Source of the DNA: Strigamia acuminata
Lineage: Eukaryota
Direction: 5' to 3'
NCBI GenBank assembly: GCA_949358305.1
Contig: OX442314.1
Coordinates: 20,212,001 to 20,276,000, forward strand
Length of the DNA: 64,000 nt
The position numbers and the translations under genes were made by a program. The notes under the pieces were generated by a model. It saw nothing but the letters and a program-made list of their open reading frames with translations. It did not search any database and had not been told where the DNA came from. Of this stretch, positions 41,741 to 54,200 are shown piece after piece. Numbering within the stretch: the stretch's first letter is position 1; each line of letters starts with the position of its first letter.

Positions 41741-42850
41741 GGAAACACGAAATGCACCTTTCTTTCATTCTTATTCAATCAAAACGCGAACTCTTAATTA
41801 AGTAATGCGTCATTTCTTTATTAAACCCAAACAAAAGTGACCTAATTTATCTTACCCCCTATAACAAGCACAAGTCTCATAAAATATACTCTGTATAACT
41901 TTCATAGGAAGTAGGAAGGAAGTTTGGTCGAATCAAAATTTCGTTTTAATTCCATCATGTTTGGTGCACGTTTGGTGCACGTATTGCGCACGTATTGTTA
42001 AGTTATTTTGACTGGTCATTTTGACCGATTTTGGCCGTTCTAAGTAAATTGTGTTTTTTTTTATTATTTTTTTAGTAGAATGCAATGTTTGCTGATTTAT
42101 GATGTAAAACATCACAAATCAGCTAAAGTCAAGAAATTACAACATTGTAAACCCGTTGGGTTTACAACAGCTGTACCGGTCAAAATAACCGGTCTGGCCG
42201 TTCTAAGGTTAAACTAATAAGTAACCGATCAAGCATATACGCCACATTTTTATGTTTTGGTTCATTCAACTGTGCCATAATCCTCACCATTTCTTTGTGT
42301 CAGATTCAGACTATTTATTGATGGTCTTATTTCATGTTATTTATTTGCTTCGCAGCTGAAGCTTATACAGCAAATTTACTAACTGCTGATTAGATTAAAA
42401 CAAAGATGTGTTGTTGCTATTTTTCCAACAGACGAAATTAAGATTTTGAAAATGCTGGTAGGCTAACAGAACACACTTTCGGAATATAATAAATTTGACT
42501 TCTGTGAGGTTGTTAACATTAATATTACAGAGAACAAGGTAAAAAAAACCTGCTAAAATTGATTGTTTCGTGTAATTACGAGGTATTTACGAGGCATTAT
42601 TCGTAGATCATAAACCTATTTTCACACAATTTTAAATTGCACTAATTCAAATACTGTTGACATAAAAACGCGCTTAATGAAGATTGAAGACCGAGTTGTT
42701 GTAAAACATTAAAAATAAATTTTTATTATGATGAGATACCATGTATAACTACAATTATTATTATCGTTTTAATTAATACTATAAACTAAACTCACTAGAT
42801 AGAGGCGTAGTGGATACCTTAAATTGCTTTATTCCCTGCTCAGACGTGAG

Positions 42851-44889
42851 ATGGAAACCATCCGAAGATTGCCCGTGTCCACCGTGAGAATACACCGCAC
42901 CATTCCCATTCCAACATCCCGTTCTCGTGCTCGTGTCACTAAACTCAAAACTGTACTCAACGCGTTTGCCACCTGCATAAGTATAGCTGTATGTTCGTGG
43001 CAAGTTGGAACGTGCGCGAAGAAATACTTCAATTGGCCCATCGGTACAACAGTTTCCGTAGAAACAGTCAATGGGTTTACATTCCCTGCATTGTACTTAT
43101 GTCCGTACGATACACTGAATAATATGTACCGAGCTTACGAAAATATCTGTAATAATCATTCTAAGTGTAGAGATGATAGTCTTGAAAATCAAAGGTATTT
43201 GCCATATATGGAAGAATTGAATATAACCGTTCAAGATCTGTGGTCACACAATGCAATCCAAATGATTCGATCAAATTTTCCGAGTGTGAGTTGTGCGCAA
43301 GTATAAATGATTGTTTACTTAATTTTCTTCCATTTTTCAGTGCCAAGGCTCGTTAAATAAAAGTACTTGCAAAAAGATTATGAATAATATCTATAATCAG
43401 AACAACGCGACATTTCTGGATGCATTCTATGCCAAATGCTATGTTTTAAACGTTACTGGTACGATAAACAAGCTGCTTTTAAAAAGTCTAAAACGACTCG
43501 TTTTTGTTGTTTCGTGTTGATACGTGTGACGTCATTCCCAATGGGAATGACGGTAAAAACGAGTCGTTTTAGACTTTTTAAAAACATACAATACGGTAAA
43601 TTGAAACGAGATCTGGCACTTCAGTGCCATAAGTTGGCTGAATTTACGAACCTTGTGCACCAAAAGGCATCTGGTAGTTGACAAAAAAATATTAGCCAAA
43701 TTAATGATTTAACGATTAAATTACACTAGGCGCATTCAGAAAGAAAGACATGTTAACTTGCAGTTAAACATGTTTTGTTGTTTAAATATTGAGCGCATGC
43801 CCACTGCGGCTGAAAACAGACCAAATCGGCCGCCATTTTTGAAGTTAGATCGAGACAAGCAGTTTAAAGAGTAGTCTAAATGTGTTGTTTTAAATAATGT
43901 TTAGTCTAAATTACTTCATGAATGTGCCTAGTATGATGAATTAATTAAATTGTATGCACTTCACATTTTTTTAAGATCTCTACTGGAATAGTCGAATTAT
44001 GTCACTGACTACTTGGATTGTCACTATTTCTAAAAAGCCTACTTCACCTTTAGAACAATTAATAATATCGGTAAATTACTGGCAGATTTTAAATAACTCC
44101 CTAAATCAAAACTGTGTGCTAAATTTTTTTAAACTTTTATATGACAGGCCACTGCTGTAGAAAAGGCAGATTCAAACGACGTAAGAATGTTGTTTCCTTT
44201 CGGGTTATACTTGGAAAATACAACTACTAGATTAGAAATTGTAGCAATCACAAAGGTAAATAAACGCATAACTTTAACTCAGTTTAATTAAATATTAAAA
44301 ATAAAATCTGTTTTGCATTTTTCCTTTAGTTTAATCGAGTGCAACCTTGTATCACAGAAGATGAATACAGAAAATGCACTAATGATTGCTATGATCAAGT
44401 TATACACGACACATTTGATGAGTTGGAAGCAAAGGGATCAAACAAAACATTTTGTAGGTAAGTAACCAAACCACCACGGCGCACAATTTATTATCACGAT
44501 TGCTGAATGGCTTTTAACACACTACGTTCTAAATTGACAGGTATCCGTTTTTAAAATCCAACAACAAATTTAAAAACTGCCGCAGTCTAAAGGATGTTAT
44601 TGAGACTGCTAATGAATTATTCACTCAGGACCTTTCTACTTGCAACTGTCCGAAGCGTTGTACCAAAACTATGTACAGCATAATTGGAGTTCGAGAATAC
44701 ACCCGTTTGACTGGGATCACGTTATGGTTAAAGCATTGTGTTAACCACAAAGATTTAGTCGATGAATATTACATGTATTCCATGTCCAGTTTATTCACTG
44801 ATCTGGCCGGAAATATTGGTTTCTGCATTGGAATTTCCGTACTGGGCACGATGCAGTATCTAGTCAAATTTATTATTCGATCATTCTAA
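42851..44889 (+). CDS. DEG/ENaC channel, copy 2
   Basis: Colinear paralogue of copy 1 with the same exon structure; ends IIRSF*. Confidence 0.87.
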
Positions 44890-45772
44890 TTCTAAGAAAA
44901 CACGAAATGCACCTTTCTTTCATTCTTATTCCATCAAAACGCGAACTCTTAATTAATACGTCATTTCTTTATTAAACCCAAACAAAAGTGACAATTTATC
45001 TTACCCCCTATAACAAGCACAAGTCTCATAAAATATACTCCGTATAACTTAATTACAGGGATAAATAGATGGAAAAGATAAAAGTACTGGTTCTGTTAAT
45101 GAAATGTCGTCCACAGTGTTTTTTTGGTTTGAACAAAGCTGTGTTGGTGTGAACGGTGTGAGGAAGATGCAAAGAGTGAGCAATAAACGGATTTATTGCT
45201 CTTGCTTGGGCCGGAAAATCGGCCAGTGCACTTGCGTGGCGTGTGCCCCGGCACGCTTTGACCCTAGCAACGGTGCAAATTTGGCATTAGCCATAGCAAC
45301 CCCCCAATCCAGGGCTCAAACTGCCAGGGCAGCAGTCACAGCTTCTGGGCCAATTGCCCAAAAGCACAACAGGTGCACAAGAAAAAACATACTTCTAATA
45401 ATAATCGTTATACATTATATAAAATATGGAATATAAAATAATCACGAGATCTTCACCCAAATCGGGTAGCCATTTGGGGTCACAACATTTCCCCCCAATT
45501 AACTTCTACAATTCTTAGGATCAGTTAATTATAATGAGTCCGTTTTTTCGTATGATTAAAAAAGAACAGTGCATTTTAATTCAAAAGAGTTATACTGTAT
45601 AATGATAAATACATGCATTAATAAAAACAATAGTGTGATTATGAATGGTTATAGAAGACAATAAAGATTTTTAAGACTCTCAAGAGAGTGTTATCTCCGT
45701 GGAAGGCTCACAAAGGAAATTTCGTATTTACATTGAAAGTTCGAGCCGACTCTTCGGCCTTACTCCGGTGTT

Positions 45773-48700
45773 TTAGGAGATGGATGGAAGGTCAAGGGAC
45801 ATCATGTCCGTTTCGTCGCTGAGAGGATTCGGACATTCATTCACCTTAATGAATGGTTGGCCGGTATTCGGCCCTGATGAAAGACCAGGGTTAACATGGA
45901 TCCATACATGTCTGATCATTCTTGAACAAATATCGTCGCTGAACGCCATTTTGAAAATTTTACGTGGATCCGTGGGCGGTTGTCTGGCTCGGATGAGCCT
46001 TTGATGAAGAATCCATGGTCTTTTTTGGCGAATCTTGCGTTCAAGCCAATACCCCTTTTGCACAACTATGGCAGCGCCATCTATTGCCAATCTCGCGCTA
46101 GGTATTATGGGATTGAAAATAGTTCAAAACATACTATCATTATTGTCTGTAATATGCAAATCCAAGTTCTTGCTCTTCCCGTACTTCTGAAGTTTAGAAA
46201 AATTAGAAACGATATTACATCTACAGAGCAACATATTGAGCGTATTTCCCATCTCTAACAATGCAATGATCGAGCTTACATTAATCGAGTGACACAAAAA
46301 AAAGCTAAAAACTTGAGCTTCCGAAATGCGGTCGATTTAACAAGTTCACAAACCAAACCGTCACTAAATGTGGGACATTTGAATAGTTTAAAATATTCCA
46401 AATTAGGTGACACCAATAACGTTTTCATCTGTAATTCCGTTATGGTCCAGTCTGGAGCCAGGATGATATCCCGTAAGCGAAGCTTTTTTTAAGATAACGC
46501 GCTGTGAAGTAGCAGTTTCGGTGTAAATGTTACACGAAAATAGTTGAAATTCTTCCAACAAAAGACAGAAAGCGATCAATAAGCGTAATATTGACTAAAC
46601 TAACCAGTCAACGTCCGACGGACGCGACAGTCGACAGCTGACGGCTGCAACAGGTCGACGACTGACGGACACGATAGTCGACAGCTGACGGCCACAACAG
46701 GTCGACGTCCGACGTACGCAACAGTCGACAGTCACTCAGTCAGCCGTCGAATGTCACAGCCGTCGAATGTCACAGCCGTTGAATGTCGCAGCCGTCGACT
46801 GTTGACCGTCAGCCGCAACGGTCGACAGCCGACGGCTGATGGTCACGACATTCGACAGGTGACTGTCGACTGACGACTGTCGACTGACAACTGACAGCTG
46901 CCAGCTGCGATTAATTTCGGCTATTTTCGGTTAATCCGTATCGTCAGCTGCCGGCTGACAGCTGGCGATTAGTCCATCCCCAATATCTCACAACTAGTCT
47001 CTAGAATATATCGGTGTTAAAACTCACATCCCAATAGACACTTGTGATTGTTATTCTGCGTAAATTAGGGAAAGTGCTGGTCAGAAAAGCGATGTGTTCA
47101 CTATTATTATTCATGTGCACTGTCGTTTGTTCTAGAGAGAAAGTGCGCAGTTTTGTTTAGATCGAATTGTTGTTTCAGCATCCTAAACAACTCATTCCAG
47201 TGATCATTTTCAAACAGTCTTAACAATGGCGTTGTGACATTAATCTTGATTTATGCATCAAACTCACCGATCTAGTTGCAAAGAATTAAGGAATTTGAGT
47301 ATCTACGATACCGCTATCACACGGGCAGCGTGTTTGTTACGAGTGTTAGAAAATGATCACTGGAAAGAGTTGTTTAGAATGCTGAAACAAAAATTGGAAT
47401 ATGAATTTTAACACTGATATATTCTCAAAATTGCGTAACGATATAACCCAATGGCTGACCAGTCTACGGCTGTGGAATTTTGGTTTAGTAAATATTATGT
47501 TTATTGATTGCTCCCGTCCGATGTTGGAAGAAATGAAACTGTCAGAATGTACCATTTACACCGAAACTGTGTGTCACTCGATTAATGTAAGCTCGATCAT
47601 TGCATTGTTAGAGATGGGAAATACGCTCAATATGTTGCTCTGTAGATGTAATAATATCGTTTTTAATTTTTCTAAACTTCAGAAATACAGGTAGAGCAAG
47701 AACTTGGATTTGCATATTACAGACAATAATGATAGTATGTTTTGTACTATTTTCAATCCCATAATACCTAGCGCGAGATTGGCAATAGATGGCGCTGCCG
47801 TAGTTGTGCAAAAGGGGTATTGAACACATGATGGCAAAGTTCCACGTTGTGTTTCAACATGATTCGGGTATGCGGATGCATCTCGAGTCGAGGGTAGGTT
47901 CGACGGAGCCTCAAGTTAATTGGGCTACTAACAGTTGTTGTTTTGGCTTCGTTGATAGCCAGTAGGTTCTTGACCGGAACACTCAATTTCGGTGGTGATG
48001 GCGTAAGTGGGCAGATCGGTGAATATTTTTTACGAGGTGGGGTCGGCGGTTTGAACGCCGTTTACGATTTAGAAGGAAGACTCTCGCACAGTGGTCGGCG
48101 AGAGGGTCGCAAAATCAACGCTCCTCGTGGCCGGTTCCAAGTCTTCGGCCTAGCTCCTGTGCTCGCATCCGGTGCGCAAACATTGTGCAAACATTGTGGA
48201 TTCGTGCTGGACTCCACTGGATCCAGGCATTGGGCTCTCCAAATCGACAATTTCTACTGGCGTAGAGTTGGGTGCCGAGACGGTGCATGACGACACGGCT
48301 TCTATTGCTTTTTTCGTTGCGATGGCCGCGGCAGTAGGCGTAAATGTAGATTCCGGCTTCTTTTTAGCCGAGGGGCAACGCAGTGGCATACCTGCTGGTC
48401 GGATAGTGCTTAATTCTTGCCTGTATGAGATCTTGCGTAAGTCCCATTCCCTTCGTAATCGAATGGCTGATTCGGCCGGATTTTCCCCCATTACTAATAC
48501 TTGGCGAATAAGTTCGCTTTGCATCGTCGGTGGATCAAGCTGGATTGATCGCCAACACTCCAAAAACCTTTCTGCCACGCCCACGGCTGATGTCCGTAGA
48601 TACGTGGCAGCTGCAAAGGCCGTTCGATCACTGGCAAAGACGCCAGGAAATAGGATTCTTCGTAGACTGGAAACAAGTTGTCGTTGAAGTTCTGGAAGCC

Positions 48701-49544
48701 GTGAATCGGCTGGATCCGTGGGTTCCATGCGGTTCAACAGATCAGCAACTCTTCTACATTCTTTGAATGCTTCGGAGATCTGTGCCATTTGATACAAGTC
48801 CATGTCAGACAGAAGCAGCTCTTGCGTTTTGCGGGGTGCTTCAATAAAACTCTGCCAGGTGACATCAAAATGTTTGTTAAAGCCTGACTTCGGTGTTTGT
48901 GACACCATTCCAAATTTTCTGAATGGAAGCTGCGGTTCAGGCAGGCTTGGGTCAGGGTTGACGGAGTCAGTTACTGGTCGACACTCGACGGGTATCGGCC
49001 TTTCAAATGGCCGGACGATTGAACTTTGGGCGAGTGGAATGGCTTCCCACTCCATGGCTGGATTTTCGGCCTTCCTCGGCGGCAGTATCGGGTAGGACTT
49101 TTCCGCAGTCGAGGTGGTGGTGGAACTACTTTTTTCCAGTGCGGAAATTGAAGTCGGCGTGTTGATGATTAGTGCATCGCCGGAACTATTGGCCGTTTCT
49201 TCGGCCTTGGGTGAACTGAAGCAGGCGTCCCAGTCGGCTTGTTGTTTGTCCAGCCTTTCCTTCCTTCAAAGCGTGACTTGGAGCTAGCGTTGCTCGATAT
49301 CCCTGTCTCACTGGTTCCGATCTTCATCAGATTGTGGCGGTGGAGGATTTCGCGCTCTTCGCTCTCGTTCCAGCATTTCTCGGTTTTGTCGGCCTGCACA
49401 GTGTTTAAGGTGACCATTTGGACGGATGCGACTTGGACGTGTTCCTGGCCAGGCGGCATATGGATCAATCCCATTAGGATTGCAGTAAGCGGTGTCCCAT
49501 CTCGTAACGCGTGAAGTGGCATCCTCTTCTGTGTATCGAGCCAT
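45773..49544 (-). pseudogene. Decayed intronless GC-rich ORF of unknown origin, split by a TIR element
   Basis: 49544-48150 is one frame with three internal stops. Coding-like sequence continues 48060-47819 and rejoins in frame with 46050-45773 once the TIR element is removed (..LCHHVFNWLERKIRQKRPW..). Confidence 0.6.
46051..47818. mobile_element. Non-autonomous DNA element with ~240-bp TIRs and probable 2-bp AT TSD (ISL2EU-like target)
   Basis: caAT|ACCCCTTTTGCACAACTATGGCAGCGCC ... GGCGCTGCCGTAGTTGTGCAAAAGGGGT|ATtg; more diverged inner arms; GTCGAC-rich core at 46610-46965. Confidence 0.8.
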
Positions 49545-51228
49545 CTTTGATCGAGGTTCTGTAGATCTTTGTGTCAGATTCAGATTATTTATTGATGGTC
49601 TTATTTCATGTTATTTATTTGCTTCGCAGCTGAAGCTTAGACAGCAAATTTACTAATTGCTGATTATATTAAAGCAAAGATGTTTTGTAGCTATTTTTCC
49701 AACAGATGAAATTAAGTTTTTGAAGATGTTCGTATAGACTAACAGTATACACTCCTTCTGAATATAATAAATTATTAATTTGACTTAATCGATAGTTATA
49801 TAAAAAGCAATTTGACAAAGTACAAAAAACTGCTAAAATTGATTGATTTTAAATTGCACTAATGCAAATACTGTTGACATAAAAACGCGCTTAATGAAGA
49901 TTGAAGACCGAGTTGTTGTAAAACCTTAGCAATAAATTTTTATATGATGAAGTACCAAGTATAACTACAATTATTATTTCGTTTTCATTAATACTATAAG
50001 CTAAACTCACTAAATAGAGGCGTAGTGGATACTATAGATTGCTTTATTCCCTGCTCAGACGTGAGATGGAAAACATCCGAAGATTGCCCGTGTCCACCGT
50101 GCGAATGCACCACACCATTCCCATTCCAAAATCCCGTTCTCGGGCTAGTGTCACTAAACTCAAAACTTTACTCAACGCGTTTGCCACTTGCATAAGTATA
50201 GCTGTATGTTCGTGGCAAGTTGGAACGTGCGCGAAGAAATATTTCGATTGGCCCATCGGTACAACAGTTTCCGTAGACACAGTCAATGGGTTCACATTCC
50301 CTGCATTGTACTTATGTCCGTACAATACACTGAATGATATGTACCGAGCTTTCGAAAATATCTGTAATAATCATTCTAAGTGTAGAGATGATAGTCTTCA
50401 AAATCAAAGGTATATGCCATATATGGAAGAATTGAATATAACCGTTCAAGATCTGTGGGCACACAATGCAATCCAAATGATTCGATCAAATTTTCCGAGT
50501 GTGAGTTATAGGCAAGTATAAATGATTATTGTTTACTTAATTTTATTTCATTTTTCAGTGCCAACCCTCGTTAAATAGAAGTACTTGCGAAAAGATTATG
50601 AATAATACCTATAACCAGAGCAACGCGACATTTCTGGATACATCTTATGCCAAATGCTATGTTTTAAACGTTACCGGTACGATAAATTAAAAACATACAA
50701 TACGGTAAATTGATACGAGATCTGGCACTTCAGTAAGTTGGCTGAATTTGCAAACCTTGTGCACCAAAAGGTAGTTAAACGTGTTTTGTTGTTTAAATAT
50801 TGAGCGCATGCCCACTGTGGCTGAAAAAAGACCACATCGGTTGCCATTTTTGAAGTTAGATCGAGACAAGCAGTTTAAAAAGTAGTCTAAATGTGTTGTT
50901 TAAAATGACGTTTAGTCTAAATTACTTTATGAATATGCCTAGTATGACGAATTAATTAAATTGTATGCACTTAACATTTTTTTTAAGATGTCTACTGGAA
51001 TAGTCGAATTATGCCACTGATTACTTGGATTGTCACTATATCTAAAAAGCCTACTTCTCCTTTAGAAGAATTAATACTATCGGTAAATTACTGGCAGATT
51101 TTAAATAACTCACTAAACCAAAACTGTATGCTAATTTTTTTTTTTTAATTTTATATGACAGGCCACTGCTGTGGAAAGTGCAGATTCAAACGACACAAAG
51201 ATGTTGTTTCCTTTCGGGTTTTACGCGG

Positions 51229-54200
51229 TGTTATGTTCAGAATAATTGTTTTGGTACAAATGGATTGTATTTCACGTTGGAATTGTTGGAGTGGTTGTCG
51301 TTGGCAACCACTCATAAATAAATTACTTGTCATGTCAAGCTTGAATTGATTGCACGTCTGTTTTTATTCCGCCTATTCAAGTAGAATAGGCCTGTAGTTG
51401 TTAGTGTGGATTTCAGAGCATGGAAAACACTAAATTGGCGCAGTGAACTCGATGTTTATGCCTGTGTGTGGAAAGAAAAATGGATTTGAACTAGAATTGT
51501 GTGAAGCGAAAGCGAAGGTGAACTTTGCGAGATTTTCGTTCTGGAACGTGAGTTTTGAACGTTCGGTTTGTGCCGATAAAGTTTTGAATTCGATTTGCCC
51601 AGCTGAGACAGCCAGGCCTGTTACATCGAATCAGCGCCGTGTGATACGACGCCCGTTAAGCCTTTTGGAAGATTTGCGAAGCGCGCTTTTCAAGTTTGCG
51701 CATTTGCATTTTGTTGTTTTAACCCTTTTTGTCTTTTTCTTCCTTCTCTTTTCGTCTCGTGTTTGCTGTGAGATTCGCCTGTCTTCTTGGACGAATCAAG
51801 TCATGGCTGCCCAGAGGATGGTGTTGGGTCATCCCGGCCCTTTTGACGGAAAGATGGCGGCCGATTGGGACCGATATCTCGAACGAGTGGACGAGTTCTG
51901 CTTGTTGAACGACATTCCCGACGCGAAAGTTAAGTCGTTGCTGCTATCACTCATCGGCCCTAAAGCGTATCAAGAGCTCCAAAAGGCCGTCCATCCTGAG
52001 AAGCTGCCGGCCAAGAATTACCAGGAGATCGTCGACCTGATGCGCCTGCATCTCGAGCCGGTGGCTCAACCCCACGTGTGCCGCCAGCGCTTGGGTTTGC
52101 GGACTCGGAAGCCGGAAGAGACGGTCGAAGAATACCTCACGGTACTCAAGGGGTTGGCGCAGCCGTGTGGGTTTGCAACGGTCGGCGAGACCGATAGCGG
52201 TGTTTTGGACGCATTTTTGCGAGGGATTAACAATAGTGGCATGCGAAAATATATTATGTTAAGTGAAAACTTAACTTTGAAGTCGGCAGTGAAGCTTGCG
52301 ACGTCGTACGAGGCTGCCATGGCTACGCCATCGAGCGTGGGCGGCGCGGAGGTGACGGCGGACGTCCCCTCTCACTTGACCGACACTGAAGTTCATCAAG
52401 TGAGGCAATTCCGTCCTGCGAGGCGTCGTGGCGGACCGAATGGTGGCGCTCCTGTGCAGCGGTTTGATGCTGGTTTTGGTGGCGCTCGTCCCCGTGTCGC
52501 GCCTTTTGATCGTGGGCAGCGCAGAGGAGGAGGAAGAGGCGGTGCACGACCGCCTGTCAATATTGCGTGTTGGCATTGCGGGGGCCCGCATTTTAGGCAT
52601 CAGTGCCCCGACTGGATCCAGGGAGCCGGCGCTGGGCGCGAAGATACTCGAGATGAGAGCGCCGCTGGCCCCAAGCCGGAATTTCGACAGAAGACGGTCC
52701 CCGTCAATGCCGTGGCGCGTTTTGATTACGACGATGATGGCCTCCCTCCGGACGAGTGGGGCATTTACACAGTGGAAGATGCCAGCAAGAGATTTCCACC
52801 TTTCTTGTTTCAATTGGAAGTTTGCACCAGGGCGTGGTTATTTCAAGTGGACTCCGGTGCGGAGAGGTCAGTTGTGACCTGGAGCCAGTTCGCCTCGCTC
52901 GCGGACTCAGGTGCGTGTTACCCTGCTTTGCGTAGGTCAGAGGTTGTGTTGAGAGCGTACACGGGTGTACCAATTATGGTTTTTGGAGAGGTGAGTTTGC
53001 CGGTCAGTCACCGGGGCAAAATTTTAGATTTGATTTTTTTGGTGGTAGAAGGTTCTGGGCCGAATCTCCTTGGTAGGGACCTGATTGCGCAGTTGCAGAT
53101 TGAGGTTGCGCAGGGTGCGATTGACCAGGGGGGGGAGGTACCCGTGCATGTGCCGGTCCATGCATCAGCCAACACGAGCATGCAGGAGCAGCTCAATGAG
53201 TTGTTAGCTAAGCATGAGGATGTTTTTAAGATAGGACTTGGAGCATTTAATGGCCCTCCTATCGAGTTGCAAATGAGGGAGGACATTTCCCCTCGTTTCT
53301 TTCGACCCAGACCAGTGCCCATTCCGCTCAGGCCCCAGGTGGAGGCCGAGATTGATCGGTTGGTCACCGAGGGCATTTTTGCCCCAATTACTTTCTCGGA
53401 GTGGGCCACTCCCCTCGTGGTAGTTCGTAAGAAGGATGGCGGCGTACGTCTCTGCGGAGACTATCGCTCGACAATCAACGCCGCCATCCAGCCAGATCCT
53501 TATCCATTGCCGGCGATAGCCGACATTTTCGCACAGGTGGGAGAGGCGAAGTATTTCTCAAAACTTGACTACAGGCACGCCTACCTGCAGTTGCGCTTGA
53601 CCGCCCGATCCGCGCGGATCGCGGCGGTCAATACCATCAGGGGGTTGATGGCTGTTAATCGACTCCCTTTCGGGACGATATCGAGCTCGGGCATCTTTCA
53701 GAGATGCGCCGAGGGGGTAGTGGCCGGAATTAGGCGCATTTTTGTATACCAGGACGACATTCTGGTCGCCACCATCACCATTGAGGAGCACTTGACCATT
53801 TTAGGTTTGGTTTTGGCCAGACTGGCCGAGAACGGGTTGCGGCTCTGCCGCACCAAGTGCGTTTTTTGCGTGGAAAGTTTGGAGTTTTTGGGCTTCCGAC
53901 TGTCCGGCGGTGGTGTGGCACCTTTGCCCGAGCGGGTCAGGGCAATTACTCAAATACCACCCCCCTTGGACGTCACGCAGGTGAAGTCCTTTTTAGGTCT
54001 CATAAATTTCTATGGCCAGTTTGTGGCTGGCTTGTCAACCATTGCAGCACCATTATATATGCTATTGGTCAAGGGGCAGCCGTGGTCGTGGTTGGATGCG
54101 CAAAAGTCTGCTTTTGAAAAGATCAAGAAGGCCCTTGTGTCTGCCCCAGTGCTCAGGTTTTACGATTTGGGCCGGCCCGCGGTGGTCGTCGCTGACGCGT

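Noticed and set aside
46610..46965. GTCGAC-rich array as CRISPR or coding repeat
   Set aside because: Irregular degenerate motifs without unique spacers or an ORF; internal to a TIR element.
51443..51802. 120-aa N-terminal extension of Gag-Pol with a hydrophobic stretch
   Set aside because: Begins at a GTG within the PBS/leader, and the hydrophobic run comes from a T-rich UTR. Gag similarity starts at MAAQRMVLG, though use of an upstream ATG cannot be excluded.
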